DNA from: Chroococcales cyanobacterium | GTDB taxonomy: Bacteria > Cyanobacteriota > Cyanobacteriia > Cyanobacteriales > Nostocaceae | NCBI GenBank assembly: GCA_038259325.1 | Contig: JBBSOX010000018.1 | Coordinates: 5,901 to 69,900 of the forward strand | Length of the DNA stretch: 64,000 bases | Reading direction: 5' to 3' | Part shown: positions 8,991 through 18,616 of the stretch, in pieces | Layout: each line of letters starts with the position of its first letter | Numbering within the stretch: position 1 is the first letter of the stretch | Notes under the pieces: generated by a model | Told to the model about the DNA's origin: nothing | Databases searched by the model: none | Seen by the model: the letters and a program-made list of their open reading frames with translations, nothing else | Translations under genes and position numbers: made by a program

Positions 8991-10364
8991 TTACTGATTC
9001 AAATGTTTGAGAATCAACGAGCAAACATCTGTCGCCTCAATTTGATTTTCATTAACTAGGTGAGTTTGATGGGTGATAAATAGAGGCCCTTCATCAGGAG
9101 AAGTAGTAACGTTACCGTGAGAGCCACGCACCAGGAAAGCATCCAGAGGAATCACATCCATTAAGTAGCGAAAACCCAGTTGTTTCTTCAGTAACTTGAG
9201 AGCAATTTTTCCTTGAGGAAACTTAATTTGCGGATCGAGGAAAAGTTCTACAGGATCGTAACCAGGTTTGCGGTGGATATCTACAGTTCTAGCAAAATCA
9301 GGGGCTTTTGCATCATCGAGCCAATAATAATAGGTAAACCAAGCGTCAGATTGAGCGATCGCTACCAACTCACCCGATCTAGGATGATCGAGATGGTAGG
9401 CTTGCTTACCCTCTTCATCCAATACCTGCGCTACACCTTCAGTCGCTTCTAAAAGCGATCGCACTTTCGGGATGTATGCCGGATCGTTCACATATACATG
9501 AGCAATTTGGTGATCGGCAACGGCAAAAGCAATGCTAGCACCAAAATCGAGCAGTTCTCGCCCTAATTCTTCCCGCACAGCAATTAGACCATTTTCCCGG
9601 AGTACGCGGTTCAAATCCACAGCTTTAGAAACTGGCGTAATGCCATACTCGGAAAGAATAATTACCTGAGTATTGCGTGCTTCAAAATATTTAATTAAAT
9701 CCCCACAAACAGCATCAATTTCTCGTAAATCTGCTTGAATCTGTGTTTGATTGTTACCAAATTTTTGCAGACAGTAATCTAAATGTGGTAGATAAACTAG
9801 TGATAATGTAGGGCTGTAACGTTCCTCAATCCATTTTGCAGAATTGGCAATCCATTGGCTAGAACTAATGGTAGTTTTTGGCCCCCAGAAATCGAACAGA
9901 GGGAAATTTCCTAAATCAGATTGAATTTGCGATCGCACATCACTAGGATGGGTATAAATATCAGGTAATTTTCTCCCATCTGCGGGATACATCGGGCGCG
10001 GCGTAATGGCATAATCTGCTGTAGAGTACATATTGTACCACCAAAAAAGGTTGGCACAAGTGAAATTCGGATCAATTGATTTAGCTATTTCCCAAACTTT
10101 GGGAGCTTGAACTAGTTTATTAGATTGTCGCCAAAACTTCACTTCACATTCATCGCGGAAGTACCAACCATTAGCGACAATTCCATGTTCATTAGGCAAT
10201 TTTCCTGTTAAATAAGTAGCCTGAACTGAACAAGTTACAGCAGGTAAAACTTTTTTGATGGAAGCTACCTGTCCTTTAGCCGCCCAAGAAGATAAAAACG
10301 GCGTGTTTTCTGCTAGTAAGTTGGGCGTTAATCCCACGACATTTAGAACAACTGTTTTCTGCAT
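8991..10364 (-). CDS. eboF: EboF, alkaline phosphatase / nucleotide pyrophosphatase family
   Basis: VLNVVGL, PAVTCSVQATYLTG, YLPHLDY, SEYG, RGSHG motifs; position in the ebo cluster. Confidence 0.9.
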   Translation of the reverse strand: MQKTVVLNVVGLTPNLLAENTPFLSSWAAKGQVASIKKVLPAVTCSVQATYLTGKLPNEHGIVANGWYFRDECEVKFWRQSNKLVQAPKVWEIAKSIDPNFTCANLFWWYNMYSTADYAITPRPMYPADGRKLPDIYTHPSDVRSQIQSDLGNFPLFDFWGPKTTISSSQWIANSAKWIEERYSPTLSLVYLPHLDYCLQKFGNNQTQIQADLREIDAVCGDLIKYFEARNTQVIILSEYGITPVSKAVDLNRVLRENGLIAVREELGRELLDFGASIAFAVADHQIAHVYVNDPAYIPKVRSLLEATEGVAQVLDEEGKQAYHLDHPRSGELVAIAQSDAWFTYYYWLDDAKAPDFARTVDIHRKPGYDPVELFLDPQIKFPQGKIALKLLKKQLGFRYLMDVIPLDAFLVRGSHGNVTTSPDEGPLFITHQTHLVNENQIEATDVCSLILKHLNQ

Positions 10365-10379
10365 AAAATTAATTTCCTA

Positions 10380-11606
10380 TTAATTGGCGGCAAATTCTTT
10401 TAATACCCACTGATACTCACGCTGGATAGAAGTCGCTAAATCTATCTTCATTTCTGATGGCAATACATCCCAAGTGTAAGTTTCAATTTCTAAATGTGAG
10501 CAAGCATTGTTTGTTTGAAGTAGTTGCAAAACAGTAGCAATGTCATCTTGCGTAGATTGCAAAATTTGATAATCATGAATAAAAATTGGGACATGGAAGT
10601 GAGTACGCCATTCTTCAGCTAGAGATTGTTCTAAATGTGGTAATGCAGTTATTAAGTCAGGATAGTGATGGAGTGTACTATCACCACGACGTTCTATTAC
10701 TTGGTGAAGATAAGTAGATTCAGCAAAAGGACGTAAGCGTTCAACTATCAAACTACGCTTTTCAACATCAGCAGGTATTTTTACTTTAATTGCGGCACTG
10801 ATTTGAATTTTGCCAATTTTAATTCCTGCTGATTGCAAACGCGCAAATACAGATTGCGGTTCCTCATATTCAACTGAGAAATGGCAGGTGTCATAGCAAA
10901 CTCGAACGTGCTCTAGCAATTTCTTTTCTGCTAGATTCTGTTCAATATTTAATTTTTCTGATAAGTAATTACCGCCAATTGGTAATAACCAATTTTGATA
11001 GAAGTCAATTACTTCTGAAGTATTTTCAATTAAACCATCAGGCTCAGGTTCTAAATCAATATGAAGTATCTTGCCTGTTTCTTCACCGATCCGAATCATT
11101 TCTACAACAACAGATGCGATGTTCAAACAACTCTTTTTCAGAACCGTTTCAAAATTTGCTTGGTCTTTTACCCACCAAGGCTTATAGGATAATGGTAGTG
11201 TAGAAATTCCGCCATCAAGTCCTTGGGGTAATAGACTAGCTAAAATGTGTGCCAAGTTTAATGTATAATTAACCCGTTCTTGTGTAGACCAATCTGGTGC
11301 ATAAACTTGGTCTTTTACTACCTGTCGATGAAATCCACCATAAGGGAATCCGTTTAAGGTGAAAACATATAAATCTTGTTGAGTCAGCCAAGCTTGAAAT
11401 TGAGCTAATTTATTACTTTCCAAAAGTTGTTTTGTGGCAACATCTGCTAACCTCAAGCCAATACCAAAAGGTTCTGTTGGTGATAAACGTGATTTTAGTT
11501 CGGGAATATACTTTTCTAAATTGGCGAAAACCTCTAGCCAACTTTCACCAGGATGAATATTGCTGCAATAAGTTAAGTGAAAATTATTGTTTCTTGTAAT
11601 TTTCAT
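10380..11606 (-). CDS. eboE: EboE, TIM-barrel (xylose isomerase-like) metabolite traffic protein
   Basis: HLTYCSNIHPGESW, FTLNGFPYGGFH, VKDQVYAPDW, EPEPDG, HFHVPIF, HLEIETYTW. Confidence 0.93.
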   Translation of the reverse strand: MKITRNNNFHLTYCSNIHPGESWLEVFANLEKYIPELKSRLSPTEPFGIGLRLADVATKQLLESNKLAQFQAWLTQQDLYVFTLNGFPYGGFHRQVVKDQVYAPDWSTQERVNYTLNLAHILASLLPQGLDGGISTLPLSYKPWWVKDQANFETVLKKSCLNIASVVVEMIRIGEETGKILHIDLEPEPDGLIENTSEVIDFYQNWLLPIGGNYLSEKLNIEQNLAEKKLLEHVRVCYDTCHFSVEYEEPQSVFARLQSAGIKIGKIQISAAIKVKIPADVEKRSLIVERLRPFAESTYLHQVIERRGDSTLHHYPDLITALPHLEQSLAEEWRTHFHVPIFIHDYQILQSTQDDIATVLQLLQTNNACSHLEIETYTWDVLPSEMKIDLATSIQREYQWVLKEFAAN

Positions 11607-11687
11607 TTTCTCGCTTTATCCCTTGTATATGTAATCTGTTTTCTTTGGCTTAAACTATTTCACAAAATACTTGCCACATATTCATGG

Positions 11688-12015
11688 GTAGGGGCGCACA
11701 TATATAATTAGACATCTCCAGAAATTAATTATGCGTTACCTAAAACCCTTGTATAGACGTTGCATTGCAACGTCTCTACATTCATTTTCACCAGATGTCT
11801 ATTGGTGTCAACTTAACGTGAAAGCCAGCCTAGAATGAGCTTTTAAATATTGTCTCGTTCCCAGTCTCCGAGTGGGAATGCCGTCCTAGAGGCTCCGCCT
11901 CCCTTGCTGGTGGCAGAGCCGCTTTTCGAGTTGCATTTCCAGCCATAGGCTGGAAACGAGGTTTTAAAGGAGTTTCAGCTTAAGTTGACACCAATGCACA
12001 TATATGAACCCCTAC
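11688..12015. mobile_element. Nested element: REP-like palindrome > family B MITE (11706-11996, 9-bp TSD CACATATAT) > family A MITE (11710-11800, TSD ATT)
   Basis: CACATATAT at 11697-11705 and 11997-12005. Right TIR TTAAGTTGACACCAATG ends at 11996. The left TIR is split by MITE A, which is flanked by ATT/ATT. Internal cargo repeat CTCGTTCCC...GGAAACGAG at 11854-11960. Confidence 0.85.
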
Positions 12016-12053
12016 AGCCGATTAATGGTATTACTGGATGTATACATTCAAAT

Positions 12054-12986
12054 TTAAGTAACAGCAAATAGTTGAGCTAACTTCATCGAAATTGGTAGCA
12101 AGATTAGAACTAATAAACCGTAATACAACCCAGCAAAACCAGATGCAACAGTTGCATCTAAAACAATTAGAGATAAAATGCCTATTCTCACAGCATTTCG
12201 GATGTTTTCGGCTATCGGTTCACGCGCAGCTTTGATAAAGTTAGGTAAGATTCTGATAGCTAATAAAATAGCAAATGGTAAGGCTGCGATCGCTGTATAC
12301 TCTTTTAATAATCCTAAAGCTAAAACTGCCGTCAAAACTATTGCAATTAGCAGTAATGCTAGTACTCCCGTAATCTGCTTACCTCCGTGAACTTCACCTT
12401 GGCTAATTGCGGTGATAGCAGCAATATAAAGAACAGGAAGTAGTGCTAAATACCAACGTTCTCCTATTATTGCAGGTACAGCACTTACACCTAATAATAA
12501 GTTACTGCCACGACACAAACCCATATTTAAAGGGCCAAAAAAAGGATGATGTTTGGCGAGTGAATCATATAATAGGCATGAAAAAGTGATAAATATAGCG
12601 ATCGCAGCACTCAACCAGGATACTTGAAAAGCAGCTATAATACCTATTGCAAACAGTATACTCCCCAATAAAGTAGCATTTTGACGAGATACGCGACCAC
12701 TGGGAATTGCTCTATTTGGTCGCTCTTTTGCATCTAAGTCTGCATCGAAAACATCATTAAAAACTATACCGCCGCCATATAAACCAGTTGTAGCCAATAA
12801 CAACCAACCTAATGGAATTAGTACAGGAAAATTTGATTCTCCATTAATTAATTGAACAAAAATAATCCCAGAGCCAGAAGCAGCAAAACCAACGAGAATA
12901 TCCGCCCAAGCAGTAACAATATTAGCAGGACGCATCAATTCCAAATAACCCCGCCAGCTTTGAAAGTTTAAGCTTACAACATTCAC
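12054..12986 (-). CDS. eboC: EboC, UbiA-family prenyltransferase
   Basis: ELMRPANIVTAWADIL, NDVFDADLDAKERPNRAIPSG (Asp-rich motif), multiple TM helices. Confidence 0.93.
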   Translation of the reverse strand: MNVVSLNFQSWRGYLELMRPANIVTAWADILVGFAASGSGIIFVQLINGESNFPVLIPLGWLLLATTGLYGGGIVFNDVFDADLDAKERPNRAIPSGRVSRQNATLLGSILFAIGIIAAFQVSWLSAAIAIFITFSCLLYDSLAKHHPFFGPLNMGLCRGSNLLLGVSAVPAIIGERWYLALLPVLYIAAITAISQGEVHGGKQITGVLALLLIAIVLTAVLALGLLKEYTAIAALPFAILLAIRILPNFIKAAREPIAENIRNAVRIGILSLIVLDATVASGFAGLYYGLLVLILLPISMKLAQLFAVT

Positions 12987-13298
12987 TTATCTGCCTCCGT
13001 GCCTAGTAATTTCTCAAAACAAACCGCATATTACAGATGAATCAGATAGCTATCTATAGCTGTTCCAAATGATTCATGAAATCTTTTTTCCTACTCTCCC
13101 TCTCCGTGAAAAATATTAGTGTCGCCTATTTGCGGGATATTTTGCGAATTTTATAGGATATAAAAATATCCACCCAACAATAATTTCAGCAACATCAAAA
13201 TATTTATCAAAGAGACTCCATGAGTTATATTGACAATGCAAATATGAAAATATCTCTTGCAATGCCCAATGCCAAATTCTCAATGCCCTTCCAATTTT

Positions 13299-14207
13299 CT
13301 ATTCAATCAACACAAAATCTGAAACTGATTTGATTCCTGGTTCTTGTCCCCGCAACACAGAATTACCATTGAACAACTGACGCTGATCAACAGATTGGGG
13401 ATTGAGCCAGTCTGATGCCTTCATCTGCCCAGTTTGACTGTAAGCAGCAAGGGCATTTTCATAACAAACTGCTCGCACATGTTCTTCAGGAATACCCCTA
13501 TCTAACATCAACTGAGCCGTTTTTGGGACTGCCAAAGGATCGCTAATACCCCAATCAGCACTACTATCTACAATGATCCGATCGCATCCATACTTGCGAA
13601 CAACTTCTACCATCCTGGCGTTACCCATCTTCGTCTGTGGGTAAATCGTAAAAGCTGCCCAAAAACCCCGCCCTAATACTTCCTCAACAGTTTCCTCGTT
13701 GTTGTGGTCAATAATTACTTGTGAAGGATCTAAGCCATATTCAATACAGCGATCCATACTCCGACTAGCACCCGCCTTTTTATTGCGATGAGGCGTATGA
13801 ATTAGCACCAACATATCGAGTTCTTTGGCTAATGCTAACTGTTGACAAAAGTACTTATCTTCTGCTTCTGTCATGTCGTCATAGCCAATTTCACCAATGG
13901 CAACAACTCCCTCTTTACAGGCATAAAGTGGCAGCAATTCTATAACTTCTGCTGCTAGTGCCTCATTGTTAGCTTCTTTCGGATTTAGGCCGATTGTGCA
14001 GTAATGTTGAATGCCAAATTGACTAGCACGAAATCGTTCCCAGCCCACAAGACTGCTGAAGTAGTCTTTGAATGTGCCAGCGTTTGTTCGCGGTTGTCCT
14101 AACCAAAAGGCTGGCTCAATAACGGCGACAATTCCATATTCCCGCATTACTAAGTAATCGTAAGTAGTACGGGAACACATGTGAATGTGAGGATCGATGA
14201 ACATCAT
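13299..14207 (-). CDS. eboB: EboB, TatD-family hydrolase
   Basis: [29 protein letters not shown]. The track start (14303) is repeat-encoded (MPNAQCP)n; the likely start is ATG at 14207. Confidence 0.9.
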   Translation of the reverse strand: MMFIDPHIHMCSRTTYDYLVMREYGIVAVIEPAFWLGQPRTNAGTFKDYFSSLVGWERFRASQFGIQHYCTIGLNPKEANNEALAAEVIELLPLYACKEGVVAIGEIGYDDMTEAEDKYFCQQLALAKELDMLVLIHTPHRNKKAGASRSMDRCIEYGLDPSQVIIDHNNEETVEEVLGRGFWAAFTIYPQTKMGNARMVEVVRKYGCDRIIVDSSADWGISDPLAVPKTAQLMLDRGIPEEHVRAVCYENALAAYSQTGQMKASDWLNPQSVDQRQLFNGNSVLRGQEPGIKSVSDFVLIE

Positions 14208-14217
14208 GGTTTTAATG

Positions 14218-14386
14218 ATTGGGCATTGGGCATTGGGCATTGGGCATTGGGCATTGGGCATTGGGCATTGGGCATTGGGCATTGGGCATTGGGCATTGGG
14301 CATTGGGCATTAGTTATTTAATTCTTCTCTGCTTCCCCTGCTCCCCCTGCTCCCCCACTCCCCACTCCCGACTCCCCACTCCCTTC
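14218..14386. repeat. 13 perfect copies of ATTGGGC plus (CCCCACT)n-type array between eboA and eboB
   Basis: ATTGGGC x13 at 14218-14308, counted from the sequence. Confidence 0.95.
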
Positions 14387-14388
14387 CT

Positions 14389-15252
14389 TCATTTGCGGCT
14401 AAAACTGCTCCAAGTCAGATTACCTTGTTGAATGGATGACTGTAAATCTGGGTAATGAGAAAGTAATTCTTGAGCTTGGATTAAACCAGACTCAGCACAA
14501 GCTAACGCTGCTGCTTCTTGCTCGTGTATATCCCCATTAGCCAGTACTTTTTCTAAATCTGTGATGATTGCACTATCCGCAAACCGTCCTACAGGTCGCC
14601 AAAGTTCTGGCGTAACTGAGCGTTTAGCTGCCCAACGTTCATGAGCATAGTCTGCCAACATCCTCGCTAATTCTGGGTTAGCACGCCGATCTAGTCCCCA
14701 AATTAGATGCAAAGGGCTGCCGACAAACACAGCCTTCAGCACCATCTGATTCCAAGCGGCATTATCTAAATAATCTGCTGGATAAGGGTTACGTAGTGCT
14801 ATGGCTTGGAATACATTACTCATATTGCTGCGAATTCCCTCAGCAGCGCGATGACGATGTAACTCTGGATGTGGTAATAGTGGCAAACTTTGATAAAGAA
14901 CAACTAACTCCCCCATATCAGCAGTGGAGAAGAATTTATCAAGCGATCGCACATAGCCCTCAGCATCATCGTGGGGCAAAGCTAGAAGCAAGAGTGTGCG
15001 ACCTGCTTGATCTACACTCCAATTACCAGGATACCAACCGGAAATTACATCCTGTGCTGCTTCCAAGTCCTGGAATGTTAGCTGCAAATCTTGTTTACCT
15101 AGATAACGCGGCACAGCACTAAAAGCCGTAAAAAACACTTTCTCAGCAGCGCCGCTAGCAATCTGTGCCTGCTTCTGTTCCAGCCAAGCAAGAGCTTTCT
15201 CTGAAACAGACTTTAACAGCCAATGATGCAGTAACTTGTTTACTTTACTCAT
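14389..15252 (-). CDS. eboA: EboA domain protein
   Basis: [27 protein letters not shown]....[22 protein letters not shown]. Likely start MSKVN at 15252. Confidence 0.88.
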   Translation of the reverse strand: MSKVNKLLHHWLLKSVSEKALAWLEQKQAQIASGAAEKVFFTAFSAVPRYLGKQDLQLTFQDLEAAQDVISGWYPGNWSVDQAGRTLLLLALPHDDAEGYVRSLDKFFSTADMGELVVLYQSLPLLPHPELHRHRAAEGIRSNMSNVFQAIALRNPYPADYLDNAAWNQMVLKAVFVGSPLHLIWGLDRRANPELARMLADYAHERWAAKRSVTPELWRPVGRFADSAIITDLEKVLANGDIHEQEAAALACAESGLIQAQELLSHYPDLQSSIQQGNLTWSSFSRK

Positions 15253-15376
15253 GATGAATTTCAGGAGAAGTTGCCCAACTTTTTTGTGACAACTAAGTAT
15301 AAAACATATCACAAAACTTAATAATTTGTGATTAAAGCAGCTAGATAATATACTACTGAGATTATAACTTCACTGA

Positions 15377-15738
15377 GAGGATGTTTGAAAAGTCGGAAAG
15401 AGTGTAAAAAAGCTCCCTCAGTATAAGCCGTGAATAGATAATAGACAGCACCGAGAGAGCAACATGAGTAAAGCATACCCCAGCAACCTGACCCGCGCCC
15501 AATATGAATTTCTCAGTGACATGATTCCAGAACCCAAACCTTGTGGCCGCAAGCCTTGCTCAAAAAACGTTGGGTGGTAGAACGCACTTTTGGTTGGCTA
15601 ATGGGATGTCGGCGTTTGGTTAGAGACTATGAGTTATTGCCCGAAACTTCTGAGACTTTTATCTACCTTGCCATGATCCGTATTATGGTCAGGCGACTAG
15701 CTTAATTTTTGACTCCCTAAAACTTTTCAAATATCCTC
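15377..15738 (+). mobile_element. Internally deleted IS5-family (IS1031-like) element, 362 bp
   Basis: TIRs GAGGATGTTTGAAAAGT / ACTTTTCAAATATCCTC; TGA duplicated on both sides. Transposase N-terminus MSKAYPSNLTRAQYEFL (ATG 15464) is joined near 15555 to the C-terminus [13 protein letters not shown]...RDYE...MVRRLA*. Confidence 0.9.
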
Positions 15739-16088
15739 TGAAACTATAATAATTTCCAAACTTTAAAGAAGATACTGTAAAGATATCATTTTGATTAGAT
15801 AAATCATAAAAATATCTTACCGAATAAAATTAGAATTTTATGTAATAGTGATATCTATAGTCAATCTTAAATATAAAGTATAGGCATCAATAAAATTTCA
15901 ATTTATTGTTAGTTTGTATTTTTAACTATAGAGTGAGCAAACTTCAAAAATCCGATTAAGTTATTACCTAGCTTTGTCTGTAAAATCATGTTAAAGTTGA
16001 TTTCCTATCATTTTTTTCCGATTTGTTAATCAATTTTGTTTTTAGAATTGTATATATTTAGACTTACTTAAAAAGTAATAATATTCTA

Positions 16089-17291
16089 ATGGCTATTCAA
16101 CAAAAAACTGCTTTTAATCTGCAAACAATTAACCAATGTGTTCGCGTGAGCTTTAACTATGATGTTCACTTCACTAGAGGTCTGTTTCAGTTAGATAATC
16201 CTTTACTTGCACAAGTGATTGCCGCAGATGGGGAGACAGCCCCAAAACAAATTCTAGCAGTGATAGATGAAGGATTTTTAGAGTGTCAGGATGGTTTACT
16301 AAAAAAATTATCAGTCTATGCCCAGTATTATGAAGATGTCCTAACACTGAGCGGTGAACCGATAGTAGTTCCGGGTGGAGAAGCAGTCAAGAACGATTCT
16401 AGATTTATAGAGCAAATTCATCAACGGATAAATGTAGATGGATTGTGCCGTCACTCCTATGTCTTAGCAATTGGAGGTGGAGCCGTCCTAGACATGGCAG
16501 GATACGCAGCAACAACCGCTCACCGAGGAATTCGGCTGCTGCGGGTTCCGACAACAGTATTAGGGCAAAATGATTCGGGTGTAGGGGTAAAGAATGGAAT
16601 CAATGCCTTCGGCAAGAAAAACTTTTTGGGTACATTCATGCCACCTTATGCTGTCTTGAATGACTTTGATTTTCTTACTAGCCTTGACGATCGAGATTGG
16701 CGTTCGGGTATTGCAGAAGCGGTGAAAGTCGCGCTGATTAAAGATGCAGATTTCTTCGATTTCATTATGGCTAATGCCGATAAATTGGCTAATCGAGACA
16801 TGGACATAATGGAAAAGCTGATTTATCGCTGTTCCCAGTTGCACTTAGAGCATATTGCTGGTAGCGGCGACCCCTTTGAAATGGGTTCATCGCGTCCTTT
16901 GGATTTTGGGCATTGGGCCGCTCACAAACTAGAGCATTTAACTAATTACAGCTTACGTCATGGTGAATCTGTAGCGATCGGCATTGCTTTGGATACGACC
17001 TATTCATATTTAACAGGTCAACTATTGCAATCTGAGTGGCAAAGGGTTTTAAGTACACTCAAGAAATTAGGCTTTAATTTGTACGTATCAGCACTGACAG
17101 AACAATTAGATCAAGTAGATCATCCGCATTGTATATTCAGGGGACTTAACGAGTTCCGTGAACACTTGGGAGGAAATTTGACCATCACCCTTCTACAAGA
17201 AATCGGGCGTGGAATAGAAGTTCATCAGGTAGATTTGTCTTTGTATAGAGATGCTATTTTGATGCTACAAGATTGGGAATTTTTGCATTGA
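16089..17291 (+). CDS. eboD: EboD, 3-dehydroquinate synthase-like sugar phosphate cyclase
   Basis: GGGAVLDMAG, VPTT, DSGVGVKNGIN, DFGHWAAHKLE, RHGESVAIG; divergent from eboA. Confidence 0.88.
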   Translation: MAIQQKTAFNLQTINQCVRVSFNYDVHFTRGLFQLDNPLLAQVIAADGETAPKQILAVIDEGFLECQDGLLKKLSVYAQYYEDVLTLSGEPIVVPGGEAVKNDSRFIEQIHQRINVDGLCRHSYVLAIGGGAVLDMAGYAATTAHRGIRLLRVPTTVLGQNDSGVGVKNGINAFGKKNFLGTFMPPYAVLNDFDFLTSLDDRDWRSGIAEAVKVALIKDADFFDFIMANADKLANRDMDIMEKLIYRCSQLHLEHIAGSGDPFEMGSSRPLDFGHWAAHKLEHLTNYSLRHGESVAIGIALDTTYSYLTGQLLQSEWQRVLSTLKKLGFNLYVSALTEQLDQVDHPHCIFRGLNEFREHLGGNLTITLLQEIGRGIEVHQVDLSLYRDAILMLQDWEFLH

Positions 17292-17493
17292 TTCTCCATT
17301 GGGTGCAATTAGCAGAAGCGATGTTTAACAACAAGCCATTACACTAAAAGGTGGTTGTTAATGCACAAATTTACACTTGGATGATTTATGCACCCCGAAA
17401 CGCAAGACCTTAATTAGTCGGCTTAGAAACTATACAGATAATCGTCAGCTGTTTGTCTGGAATATAGAGAATAGGGGAGAACTGAATTGCTGT

Positions 17494-17607
17494 AATTTAT
17501 CAGGTGCTTATTCTCGTAGGATAAATTTACAGCATCGGTTAGTATATGAGGTCATTGAATCCGAGCAAGTAGTTAAGATAATTCGGATGTGGACGCATTA
17601 CGAGTAA
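17494..17607 (+). pseudogene. C-terminal remnant of a Txe/YoeB toxin
   Basis: NLSGAYSRRINLQHRLVY...KIIRMWTHYE is the YoeB C-terminal signature. The upstream part of the ORF does not resemble YoeB, and no antitoxin is visible. Confidence 0.7.
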
Positions 17608-17608
17608 G

Positions 17609-18307
17609 TTATCTCCTCAGCCCCCCTTGGTGTTCACAATGAAAACCTCGATTCTCCCAAGCTTGCATATCTACTTGGGCAAGTCTTGTCACATTTGAGC
17701 ATTGCGGTTGAATAATTTGACTTAAAATCGCCCAAACTAAGCTGCGTGTTACATCTAATCCAGTTTTGACCTCAGATTCACGATTACCAGGAATACCCTC
17801 CTCCTGAACAATCCCTGGCTCTACCCAAATACCATGAACGCCCAAAAGAATCTGTGCCATCCATTTGGCTCTGGGTAAGTGACTTGGCGAGGTAATCAAC
17901 ATGACTTTATGCACTCCCCAACGGCGCAAAATTGGAATACCATAATAAAAATTTTCAAAGGTAGAATTCGCGCACTTTTCCAACCAAACGTTTTGCAACC
18001 CTGCTAATTCCGCCTGAAAAATTAACCATATACAGGGGTCTGGGGAACCATGAGAAATTAAAATTGGGGTTTGCGGGGATTGTTTTGCTTGTTGGGCAAC
18101 ATAAGTTTCTCGACGAATACTGCCACCAAGCACAAAGAAGGCATCTACTGGCTGCGAAGAAGCAAAAACTAAGGTTATAGTGGTAAAAATCAGCCAAGTG
18201 CCCAAGACAAAGTACAATCCACCAGTTAGTTTTTGTAACAATTGCCACCGATTAGCAGATTTTTTTTTAATAGAAATTAACGATTTGATGGTAAATTTAC
18301 GTTTCAT
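17609..18307 (-). CDS. YdcF (DUF218) family protein
   Basis: TM anchor, DAFFVLGG, E..A.STFEN, LITS..HLPRA. Confidence 0.85.
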   Translation of the reverse strand: MKRKFTIKSLISIKKKSANRWQLLQKLTGGLYFVLGTWLIFTTITLVFASSQPVDAFFVLGGSIRRETYVAQQAKQSPQTPILISHGSPDPCIWLIFQAELAGLQNVWLEKCANSTFENFYYGIPILRRWGVHKVMLITSPSHLPRAKWMAQILLGVHGIWVEPGIVQEEGIPGNRESEVKTGLDVTRSLVWAILSQIIQPQCSNVTRLAQVDMQAWENRGFHCEHQGGLRR

Positions 18308-18616
18308 GACTTAGCTAAAAAAAGCTGATTTAATGGCTGTCTAACAGTGTTACAATTCAGTACTCAAAGTGCTATCTTATAAAAGTAATAAAGAAGTACA
18401 AACGTGACGCTAATCAAAGTGTCACACTTTCAGTATAGCCTTCCGGAGAAGGCTAACAACCTGAGAAACCATTGTTAATAATGCAGTATTTTTAGCATCA
18501 TTTAATAATAAAAATGATGAATAGAGAATAGCTTAGTTTGGAGTATAAAAACTTAAAATTTTCTGGAAAGCCTGATTGCTAAACTGTCAACAACACAATT
18601 ATTCCAGCTAATATAC

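Noticed and set aside
14219-14431. [18 protein letters not shown]..., and similar ORFs at 40321-40515, 41224-41430, 49030-49260 and 23337-23570
   Set aside because: Translations of STRR heptamer arrays, not genes.
18435-18452. TCCGGA (DIF1-like) upstream of ctpB
   Set aside because: Lies in a small hairpin (AGCCTTC-CGGA-GAAGGCT); a single hexamer is expected by chance and no supporting -10 box was identified.
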